Positions 1 to 11,270 of a DNA stretch of 64,000 nucleotides are shown here, piece by piece. A program made the position numbers and the translations under genes. Where the stretch lies: NCBI GenBank assembly GCA_965285935.1, contig OZ260663.1:77252001-77316000 (forward strand), in the 5' to 3' direction. Position 1 is the stretch's first letter. Each line of letters starts with the position of its first letter. Below the pieces are notes generated by a model. It was not told the DNA's origin. It did not search any database and saw nothing but the letters and a program-made list of their open reading frames with translations. This DNA comes from Ophelia neglecta (taxonomy: Eukaryota).

Positions 1-200
1 CCACAGGGCCTGCCGACCACAGTCGAGACGATATATACAAAAAGAGTAATATCTTCGAATTCTCGCCTGATTGATAATTTAAAAAAAAGAACAAAGCCAG
101 GGCTATTATGCTTATACCAGAAGCCAAACAAATGTGAAAACCATTTAAGTTCGCCTACGTAACTTCATGATTATATTGGTTAACATTTTCCTTACAACAG

Positions 201-3200
201 ATTCATTCCGGGTTTGTGGGAGTTTGACAACGGTTTTTTCAATACTTCACCTAAAGAAGCATTGTCCATGGACCCTCAACAGTACCACGTCATGGAGGTA
301 ACTTTGTCGTTAGAAATATCTAAATTGCTTACCAATTATTCTTTGTACAACGCCTACCTCGCATTTATATTCCTAGGTGTTTTCTTTAAAATAAAATCAT
401 ACTGATATGTAGTAAATCTAATCGCCTAGCTATATACCTGATATTTTTTTAATATAATATATGTATTTTTGCACTATAGGTGACCCAAGAAGCCATGCAT
501 GACGCCGGTATGACATCTGCCAATATCCCCGTGAACACCGGGGTGTACATGAGTATGAAAATGGGTGAGCAGACCCTGGTGTGTGCCGAGAACCCCAACA
601 TCTTAAACCCATACATCCTCACAGGCGGCGCTCACACAGTCACAGCAAACAGGTAGGCAAACTACGAGAGCTAAAGGCTTCAATGTTTGAACACTCGTCA
701 GATAAATTTGATGACGCCACGGAGTTCGATGTATTAACTTTTTAAAGGATGGGAGTAGCGACAATGGGGGCTTAAGCTTTTAAATTAGACCAATGATTTC
801 ATGGTTCGTTTTAATATTTAAATTTCAAGAATCAGATTTCTTCTTTTGTCCGATTCCTATATTAACAAATGTAAATTAAGGAATTAAGGTTAAACTCACT
901 GCCGGTTAAAAAGGGACAAAAGCTTAAATGGTCTGTTTTTTTAACTGTTGTTTTCTTTTCCAGAGTGAACTTCTTTTACGATATAAGCGGCCCCAGTATG
1001 GGCGTGGAGGGCGCCTGCGGGGCAGCCGTTCACAGTATCCATTTCGGGGTGTGGGCTCTATGGAACAAAGAGTGCGATGCGATGATCGTGGGAGGCGTTA
1101 ACCACGTGTTGTCGCCACATTTCAGTGTCCAGCAGTGCGATCTCGGCTTTCTCAGCCCCAGTGGAAACTGCTCGCCCTTCGACGCCAATTCTGACGGCAG
1201 GGTGCGCGCCGAAGGTTGTGGAGTCATCATTCTTAAGACACTCGACGACGCCATCAAGTAAGAATAAAGAAATGCAACAACAAGAGGCTCTCATTACTAA
1301 ATAGTCTACCTGTATTCAAAATTATAAGTGCGGCTGGGCTTTCGCGAATTATTTTTAGCCCTCATTTGATGTTAAAATATTATATCGCTCTACCTTTTTA
1401 CATGGTTTTAAACATTTTAAACTATAATTCAATTGTTCCAGAAACAATGATCATGTATATGCCTGCATTCGGGCTTCTGCGCTTGGTTACCACGGAAAGC
1501 AGATGAACCTCCAGGACCACACATCTGAAGGCATTAACAATGTTATCTCGCCGCTTTATGATCGTTTCGGCATTAAACCAGACGACATCGACTACGTTGA
1601 GTGCAATGCCACAGGTAAGCATGGATTTATTTAGCCACTACATATATGTCGCTCACGCTAGAAATGTATCTCAAAGGCTACAATTTATAATTATGAGGAC
1701 AAAGTGTAACTGGAAGCAAAATGTATAGTTTTCTTCATTGCTATGGGTCTTGACAATCTGACGAGTATTCAATTGAATGGGAACCTAACGGTCAATATTT
1801 ACCCTTGTGTTTAGTATCTATTATCTGCAAATCACTTTTAAAAACACTCGTGGCTCCAAATGGCAATATTCTTCCATCAACTTCACGTGACCTCTTGCTG
1901 TTTTTCTCCCAGGGAACACCAAAGAGGACTTCCCGGAGTTCGAAGCAGTCGACTTGTTACACAAGGAAAGAAAGAACGCTGTCCGGGTTGGCTCAGTGAA
2001 AGGCAACGTCGGACATCAAGAGAATGCCTCAGGTATACTAATTTTCTATCAGATGCATTAGTCGCACTTTCTTTGTCAACAGAAATATGAATATAGCAGT
2101 AATAACAAGAAGATGACATGGCGTAAATTGCATGTGTCACCACCATACCAAGTTTAAACTACATTCTCATTGCAATATATCCTTGCATAATTGTTTCTTT
2201 AAAAAGAACCGTTTATTCCATCAATAGGAATGATGCAGACAATAAAGTGTGCCTTGATGTTGGACCATGAGGAGTTCTATAGCCAGAAGAACTTCAGTAA
2301 GAAGCATACTACGATAGAGGACCAAGGATGGCGACTTCAGGTACAAGATCAGTATGAGAAATACGACAAGGAGAAAAATATGATGGTGGCAGTCAACACG
2401 ACAGCCTTCACTGGACAGGTAGGATTGTGATTTGGCAACAATAAACTTATTTAATTTCTCCTCAAAAAAAATCTAGCTCATATTAGTCAATGATCCCATT
2501 TTGTAGATTATTAAACAGTTCTTATTCACACATTTGATGTAAAGTTTGCTGTTTGTTATAAAGGTGTGCCATTTAGTGTTGGAAAGTTACCGACCCCAGA
2601 TCGAGGCTCTGGTAATGAAGGATCTTGCTGGTTGGACATTCGGTGGAAACGATAGTGGCATCATGATTCCCATCACCATTACTGCTAAGACAAAGAACGC
2701 CCTGAAGGACCTGGCCAGGAAGTGGCTGGACTTCGAACATGAAAATGATGCAATGAGTATCGCTGGATGGCTGTCTACCAGAAGAGACCATTACGTCAAT
2801 GTAAGGATCAACCATTTCTGTGATATTTAGCTATGTTGTTGAAGATGTGTATACCCCCGACATCAATTGCTTTAGTTTTAGCATGAAGTGAAATGCCTCA
2901 CGAGTTTGAAAAAGAAGCGGTTTTAAATCTTTTACTTATTTACAGCGTTTGTGTGTAACTGCTAGATCATCCGATCACTTCCGGGAGTGTTTACGCAAAT
3001 ACATTGAAGGGACACCTTGTGATGACGTAACCGAAGGGGCAGCCCCAAACAAGTTTGAAGCACCAAAAATATGTTTTGTTTTCCCCGGCCAGGGACAACA
3101 GTGGTGGAATATGGGCCGCGAACTGTACGCTACCGAGCCGCTCTACAGGGACATAGTTGACAGGTTAGACTAACCATTGTGCCACTCAAGAACACAGCTA

Positions 3201-6200
3201 TTGGCTATTCAGATCAATTAATCACTTGAATATGTCTGAAATTTACTCATTCTATTTATATCATTACAGATGTGACGTCATATGGGAGGCGAACAGCGGC
3301 TACTCCTTCAAGAGGAAGGACGGCTTGTTTGTCGCCGACCCTGCTGGCTTGGATCCAGAAAGAATCGAAGAAATTATCGTCTGCCAGCCCGCCATTGTCT
3401 CTCACCAAATCGGCTTGGCTACCCTACTTATGCACTGGGGTGTAATACCAGATATTGTACTTGGCCACAGTCTTGGAGAGGTTAGTATTGCTTGAAAGTT
3501 TATTTTTTACTGTTTTGCCTAAAATTATAGTTATAAACTTTCCGAGTGTGAAATCAGCATGACAATTAAGACAACCAGTATTTATAACTGATTCTGAAAC
3601 TGTGCCTATAGATTCCTTTTTTCTATATAGGTAGCAACAGCATACATGGCCGGAACAATGACCTTGGAGGAGGCAATAACAAGTATCCACATCCGAGCGA
3701 CCTCCCAGAGCAAACTTACTGGCTCGGGCCATATGGCAGCGGCTAGGTAAGTTGCGTAAGCGTCTTCAGTATCTGCCTTTGAATAACACATTGCTCCCAG
3801 CAACCAGCGACCGTATACTGATACGGTTGTACTTTTCAAAACCTCTGGTTACACGTGTTGTGTCTTTGTTTCAGATATGGCCCAGAAGCAGCTGAAAAAA
3901 TGTGCGCTGGTTATGATGATGTATTCGTTGCCTGCTACAACTCCACAGAAAACGTCACTATTGCTGGTGCCAGACCAATCATGCGGCAGTTGGCTGAAGA
4001 ACAACCCACAAAATTAAAAATTATTCGCGTTCAGGCCGCTTTCCACACTGTGCTGGTTAATCCCGTGAAAGATGAATTTTATGAAAGAATGCAGGGTAAA
4101 TACACACCAAAGCCATGCAAAGATGAGCCCATTATGTACTCAACCGTCGTCAAAGACAAGCACAAGGGACCATGCGACCCTGATTATTGGTGGAACAATA
4201 TCTCCTGCCCAGTATTCTTTGTCCAGGCCAATAAGGCGCTCTTCCGAGATTATGGAGACAATGTTGTCTTTGTCGAGATAGCTTCAGCCGCCACATTAAT
4301 GTCTTCCATTCGACAGACCGCAAAAACATGCGGAGTCAGCCCCAAGGGGTACGTGGCCTGTGGCCTGAGGGGTAAGGATGACCGTTTTGCAGCCCTAAAG
4401 GGAGTGAGTCAGCTGTACGCCATGGGCTTCGATATCAACTGGGCCAACGTAACCAAAAATTGCTCCAGATACACACGTCTGCCAAAATACCCGTTTCAGA
4501 GTGTGCACTATCGTTTAGAGGCATCCCAGTTTACCAACCGACGACTAGGGCGAGAAGACAAATCTTATGTTGGCAGAAACGGCGAGATATCCTGCAATAT
4601 GCACCCCTTCCTTGCTGACTACTTGCTGGAAGACAAGGCACGTCTGCCCTCTTCTGGATCACTGGAGTACTTGGCTGAGCTGGTAGCTGATAGGGTGGTA
4701 TTGAAAGATATCACCATTCATGACAACCCTGTAATGATGACTGCGAAAGAAAACATCATCTGCGATTTCCTCAGTTTGTGGGTGGATAGCAAGATAACAG
4801 GAGACGAAGTGGCACTGAGGAGGAGGGACGACCTATCCCGCATTGCAACTGCCTATATCACCAGTGGGGGAAATGAAAATATCCCAGCGTCATTTGACTT
4901 ACAGGCAACTCGCAGTCGCTGTTCCACAAGCTTGGATGCCGACGAATTCTACAAGAACTTGGCAGTCAATGGGTTGTCCTATGGTGAAAGCTTTAAGATC
5001 ATGAACAATATCAACCTTGGAAGCGATGAAGCCATTACAAGCCTCAAACCAGAAGAGAATAAATATGAACGATTGAAGACGGTGTCCCTTGATGGTTGTT
5101 TCCAGCTGGCGATGGCTTCCTTTGGCTCCGGATCTCCTGCCCTGGTGAAAAGAATCAAGTACCTTGAAATGCTTGTCGATCGCCTACCAATGAAGCAAGA
5201 CCTGAATGCAGTGGCGATTCTAGTTGACTGGACGCCTTCTGCATTCATAGCAGATCTCTACTTGACTGACGAGGAAGGCGGTGTTCTTGTTGCACTCAAG
5301 GGCGTCTGTTTCGAAATTTCTAAATCCAATGTCACAAATGGAAATCTATTGGGAGATCTTTACACAACAAAGCTTGAAAAGGTTGGCATTGCCAACAAAG
5401 AAGTTCCCAAGACTCTGCAGGTGATTACATCTGGTGAATACACAACACTCGTCAACGAGCTGAAGTCAAACATTAGTGGGGCTGTTAGCACATCGCTGAA
5501 AGAGCTGAAGTCTGTAAACGAGGAGAGGCTTCAAGGTGCGACTTTGCTTTATATTTGGAGTCCAAAGCCATCTAAGAACCGGCGGGTATCCAGAAATGAG
5601 GCCAATGTTAGGGAAGGAGAACTTGATCAGTTGATAGAAGTAATTGAGTACTGTCAGATGGCGGCTCGTAAGGCTGACTTCACTCTTTGGGTGGTATCAA
5701 TCAGCGACGCCCCGACTACTGCTGACGCTATGGCCACTGGCTACCTCAGGAGCGTAACGAGCTCTCTGTCTCTACGACTCAATCAACTCAGTCTAACTAA
5801 ACCTGACTCAGGGGCCATTATCAAGGCGATCTGTACTGACTCAAACGCAACCGAGTACATTGGCGGCACTTCTGGCCTGAGCAACCCCATTGTACGACAC
5901 TTCACCACGGCCTCGCCGGCTCCTACTGGCGCATGGGATCTCAGCTTGGGATCTTCATCGACAAATAACGGATATGATCACAACGAAGCCAACTTTTGTA
6001 AAATGGACAGGGATTGGCTTAATAAAAGAAGGGGGATACATGAAAAATATGTCAAGGAAGAAGTTAAGAAGAGCACGGTCAAAAATCAAATATCCAGAGT
6101 ATATAAGGCCAAGGAGATACGGCCATTGAAATCAGGATACGCAAGGATCGCCATCCAAGCAATTGGTACAACAGATGGTGTCATTCAGTGCGCAGGTATT

Positions 6201-8351
6201 GTAACCGACGTTGGGTCAGATATGAAACAGTTCAAGACAGGTGACGAGGTAATAGCCTTACGAGCCAATACATTGACATCCTCTCTGGTGTCCAGCGAGA
6301 GAAATCTCGTTGCCAAGCCTTCAAAGTTGTCCTGGGCCGAGGCAAGCTGTTTTGGTCTTACATATGGCACGGCCTACCACACCCTAGTAGATATGGCTGA
6401 GATCCAGGATGGCGACACTGTCTTTGTCCACCCCACTGATAACGCTCTGGGACAGGCTGTTGTACAGATCGCTAGGTTAATGGGTGCCAAAGTGATTTGT
6501 TCTGGCAATGCCAGTGATCTAATCAGTAAGAACGGTATTGTAACGGTGGTAAATCCCAACTCAATCACATTGACCCGAGACATTCTTCAGCACACGGGGG
6601 GACGCGGCGTGGACATTGTGGTGGACACCTCGGGCGCCTCTATGAGCCAGGAGCTGATGGGCTGTGTAGCCGAGGATGGCAAGATCTGTCTCATTACGCT
6701 CAGCGGCACTAAACTTGCAGACTTCACAGTGTCTGACAGTATTACTACCATAGTTGTAGACGGCAGTGATCTGCTGAACAGAAACCGAGAATGCCTTAAA
6801 GAAAGTTTGAAAGAGGTGTCAAAGCTGGTTTCTTCTGCTGAAACGGGATCTGCCCAGTTGGCAGAAACCTCCTTAGCGAACATGAAGACCCCATTATCAA
6901 ATACAATTCAGGTGACTACAGTGCCTGAAGGGTTTGTTCCCAATAAGGTGGAGTATGGTAATCTGGGTCTTCTAGAAGATGCCACATACGTTGTAACATG
7001 TAGTAGTAATTTGCTCTCCCAGGCTCTGGTTGGCTGGCTTTCAGAGCGAGGCGCCAGACACCTGGCTCTTATCTCGGATGGTTCCGGCACTGCTCTTCGT
7101 CACCGCCTTCTTGTCGCTGGTCTGAAGTCCGCTGGAGTCAAGGTTTACGAGAAAGATGCTGACCTTACCAAACCCGACGAAGTCAAACAGTTCATGAGGT
7201 ATTTGGAAACAGAAGGAGCTCCTTGCATAAAAGGCATTTTCTACGTCGGCCTTCCCAGCCCAATTGATACACATCTCCGACAAGCGTCAGACACCGTCAA
7301 CGGTGCTACAAACTTGCACAACGAACTGCAATCCAGGAATGTCGTCCTTGATCATTTTGTTGTATTCTCTGATGCCGATGCTATGGTAGGATGTGCCAAG
7401 TCAACCGATGCCGTTGCAGCCGCCTGTGCCATGGACAGCTTTATTACTGAGATAAAGAATGCTGGTCTTCCCGGTCTGTCCCTGAAGATAGGTGCCATCC
7501 TAGGATCCAGGCGAGGAACATTCAGCACACCACTACCCGTTGATAACTACCTCTCAACCTTAGACGTCCTCCTTCAGGATCCCAGTGTCCCCGCCACTGT
7601 ATGTGCAGCCCAAATGGTAAGTTGAAATTTATTTCTCCACTCGATATTTCAGAAAGGCTTCATTTGATTTTTTGTTTTGCCTCAAACTAATACTTCAACT
7701 TTATTAAGGTAGTTATCATTTTAGCAATAATCTAATATTTATAATATTTCTTATTCATTCCAGTATTGGACTGCCGCAGTGCAAAATAATGCCAGAAATA
7801 AACATTCATTCGAGCACTTCGTTGAAACATCTTACCCAGCTAAAGGTAAGGGCGCTTTTTGTTACATATTTCCTATTGTATTCATGGTTTGCATAAGTGA
7901 CCTCTCAAGATTTAGACACATCGGAATTAAAATGTTCTGTTTTCACGTATCCTAGCCTGAATAATATAATTTTTGGTATTTTATAACGTACTGACTGACC
8001 TCTTCGTGAGGAGGGTTCCTCTTCTTTTGGGGTAAAGTGGCTTGTTCTGTACTGATGATTCGTTTGGCTGACATTGTGTTTACACTTTCAGCATTAGACA
8101 TTATGGGAGAGGAAATAGCAGACCAGGTTATCGACTACCTGCTGATGCAGACCGGATGGTCTGCTGACTATTTTGACTACTTTGAGAAGATCCCCATGAC
8201 CGAGTACGGTGTAGAATGCTACCTGCTTAGAGAGATGAACGTCTGGCTACAGAAGAGGTACAATGTGGCCGTGACACGCGATGACCTAGAATCGGGTCTC
8301 ACGGCGGAAGGCCTGGTAGAACGCATTCAAAAAGCATGCGGTGTCTTGTAG
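201..8351 (+). CDS. Type I polyketide synthase / FAS-like megasynthase (KS-AT-DH-ER-KR-ACP), 13 exons in window, 5'-incomplete; most domains appear catalytically degenerate
   Basis: Exons with GT-AG ends and consistent phase: 201-297, 480-652, 964-1257, 1442-1614, 1913-2032, 2228-2418, 2564-2800, 2946-3163, 3270-3480, 3631-3746, 3875-7616, 7764-7845, 8092-8351 (~1970 aa, TAG at 8349-8351). Motifs: FDNGFF..MDPQQ, ANRVNFFYDISGPS, EGACG, PFDA..RAEG, GSVKGNVGH (KS); VFPGQGQQW, GHSLGE, AFH (AT); LPKYPFQ linker; LDGCFQ (DH); TGGRGVDIVVD (ER); WLSERGARHL (KR); C-terminal ACP-like helical domain. Confidence 0.93.
3875..7616 (+). CDS. 3.7-kb exon of the PKS encoding the AT C-terminal half, DH-like, KR structural, ER-like and KR-like domains
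   Basis: Core of ORF 3855..7625; acceptor ttcag at 3870-3874, donor GTAAGT at 7617; uninterrupted frame with PKS domain motifs in canonical order. Confidence 0.92.
8092..8351 (+). CDS. Terminal PKS exon encoding an ACP-like domain lacking the phosphopantetheine serine
   Basis: IPMTEYGVECYLLREMNVWLQKRYNV aligns by eye to ACP consensus PLxxxGxDSLxxxELxxWLxxxF; acceptor tttcag ending 8091; in phase with exon 7764-7845. Confidence 0.8.
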
Positions 8352-8459
8352 ACCTATAATCTATTGTCACTTTCGTAAATGCAGTTACCGAATTATTGAA
8401 TTCAATGAAGTATAATGATAATTTCAGTTCAGAAAGAAAGTTAGAAAGTTTGATTTGAA

Positions 8460-8566
8460 AATAAATATCATTTGTAAGTTAATTTATTGAAGATTTCAAA
8501 GTTAATTTATTGAATATGTCAAAGTTATATTTTTATTGTCAATTCATATAATTTATTATCAATAAA
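8460..8566 (+). promoter_or_regulatory. Candidate polyadenylation signals of the PKS gene
   Basis: AATAAA at 8460-8465 and 8561-8566, 110-210 bp after the stop, in AT-rich UTR-like sequence. Confidence 0.45.
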
Positions 8567-11270
8567 AACGCAATGACGAATAACATGTTATCTTGATTTA
8601 ATTACCCCCCCCCCCCCCCCGCTGGAAAAATTGCAGAACATACTTATACAAAACAAAAGTGATATTTTACTGTAAACTACATTCTCGTTTATTGCTAACT
8701 GAAAGTAAGCAAAATTAACGATTAATCATAAAGTAGCAAATCTAACTGTTACAGGCTGGAATGTGAAAGATGGTACTTTAAACTTTAAAACCTTTTTTTT
8801 TCGATAATGAATAGCGAAAACAGTTTTATACTTATATATTAATGTAAAAATTATCTTTTGCATAATAGAGCATGATTTTTATACTTATGAATTCTTATAA
8901 GGACGACCATTGTGTTCATACCTTATATATAAACAAAGTAAATTTTAATTTTGTTAGAACTGTACTAGAATTTCAGGAAACAGAATTTTGGTCTAAAAGT
9001 AAAAGAGGGTGATTGTTCCAAACTGCTCTTTTTCAGGCATCATAACCCATCCCACTCTCCCTAACTTCTCCACCAAATAAAGAAAACAGCGGGGCCACTC
9101 AGCTGGCTTGTACCTAATGCGTGTTTGGGCACGTAGGGGTGTTTTTGGTCACTTTTCGCCTCTAGAAATAATGGTTAATTGTAAAATGTACCCCGAAATG
9201 ATGAGATACCCATGAGTAGGGTAGAAATTGGGAATACATGTGTCCTTTTGCCACAAACGGAACGTACGAGGTGACCATTGCCTACTTTATCTATCAGCAT
9301 GCACCATGCAAGTAATCCCGTAGGAGGACAACCAGGACGCTTCTTTGGTGCCCCTGTTTTAAAATGGTTCTTTTCCAAATGAATAAATAAAAAAGATTTA
9401 TGCACACGCATATATCTAATATTAAATATTATTTACAATAATCATTAATCGCTAAAATAGAAATTAAGTTATTTATGTAACATGATTGGCCTTCCATCAA
9501 CAGGCAGCGAATAACATCAGCAATAAGCAGGTAGCGGTATGTTGCGGGCTTGAGGGAGTAGTGTAGTCCAGTCCGATGAGAGACTACGATGACGACACCT
9601 CTAGTACTATAGAGTGTCTTATGAGCGAGTTGTACATAATGATACATCTATGTTGGGCAATACACCAACATCTCACCGCATTTCAAACAATTCTTCATTC
9701 AAGCGGGGAAGCACCAAATTATTTTGATTAGAAGCCAAGGTTTGATAGTTACTTGACAACCCATTGATCTGCCTGTATAGAATATGCTTAGTATTTGATA
9801 AATAATTAAATAATAGTCGTTTAAACAACAACTGGTTAGCAGTATCGACCATTTCTTCCTACCATACTGCGATTCTGTTGTATTCCTAATTGAAATACAA
9901 ACAAACAACATGATTAAATAATTGATGGGAGTTTATGTTTCGCCACGGTAATTGCACTGTTCTGTATGTACGCATGGTTCACAGAGGTAACTTTCCGGCC
10001 AGATATAATCATAATATGACATACCTAGTGGACATCTTCCGCAGATTTCTGTTAATATTTTATGGCTTGACCATGCAGTAAGCATTAAGATTACTCCTGT
10101 CGAAGAAAAATGCAGCAGCAATAACCAAACACCATGTACGCACCATGCAGTAAACAACACGGCGTGTACACAATATCGTGGCCATATTTTGGGAGATTGA
10201 GAGGTATTATTCCATTTTTATTGTTCACTTTATATTAGTATGAATGTTTAATGTTTGTGATAAACGTCCCTTCTAACTCTTGAGAGTTGGTCAAATGAAT
10301 CATTCCCCCGAGCTCAAAACCCGCGCCCTCTCAGGCGGGATTCCTACACTTACGTTACACATGATAATATAATGTATGTTTCTTTATTTTTTGATTATTT
10401 GTAGTTTCTCCGAGTAGAAATAGTCGGTACTTATAAAAACATATGGTACCATCCAGATATGTATCTTAAAACTATCTACTGAATGTAGCCGGGCGCAGTC
10501 AATTTAATATTAAGTTATTCGTGCGGGTCGAATGGTATTATATGACAGTTGAAATTTAGAGACGTCATTTTCTTGGAAGCCTCAGCTAGGTAGACTAAAA
10601 TGTTTAAACACATCAATGCAACTTGTAATGTTGGCATAAAATGTCTACCGTCATACTTTTATCGAAGCCACCATCTACAGATAGGAGTTACGGTAATTTA
10701 AGCTTGTAGGCTCCTGCCAGCAACACACATGAGTTATCCATTATAATATAAACCCACGGATTGCTTAATTCTTCAGCGTATATAAATCATTGGTTCTTAA
10801 GAAAAGCACGCATGCGCGAAGATACAATATAAAGCTTATAATGTGGTATTCGTTCGGCTGCACGTGTAAAACGTACTGCCAAGGAAGGATTAACTTGACA
10901 TTTTGATTCCTTAGATTAGTTTTTCTTTTTGCCGGTTGATTACTGAACCTGATCCAAAGCTAGTTGTTATTTGTTATACAACTCGTTATTATATTAGCAC
11001 CAATAAAAAAACAATCGAGGCACATGGAGCAAGAACAAGACTATAATTTATTACTTCCGTGAATTTCAGAAAATTAATCCATTGTGTTGGAACACAATTT
11101 AATCCCTGACTAACATGTAGAGGCGGCCATGTAGCGGTATGGCACTGTGCCCGCTGTCGGATTTGTGTCTTCTACTATTATAGCAGCATGTAGGCCTATG
11201 TGACTTAAATAATAAGAAATTGCTCCCAAGAAGAAGCACAGCCTTGTTGCGGGCTGAACTAAGCTAAAAC

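Noticed and set aside
1-12. CACAGGGCC at the window start matching the MITE terminus at 60448
   Set aside because: Only 9 bp match, with no further similarity or partner terminus visible.
4979-7283. Minus-strand ORFs overlapping the large PKS exon
   Set aside because: Antisense shadows of a long coding exon with no independent motifs.
201-8351. Calling the PKS a pseudogene, bacterial contaminant or recent horizontal transfer
   Set aside because: No stops or frameshifts across 13 exons, canonical spliceosomal introns, and contiguity with typical animal genes. Pseudogene status is not formally excluded without expression data.
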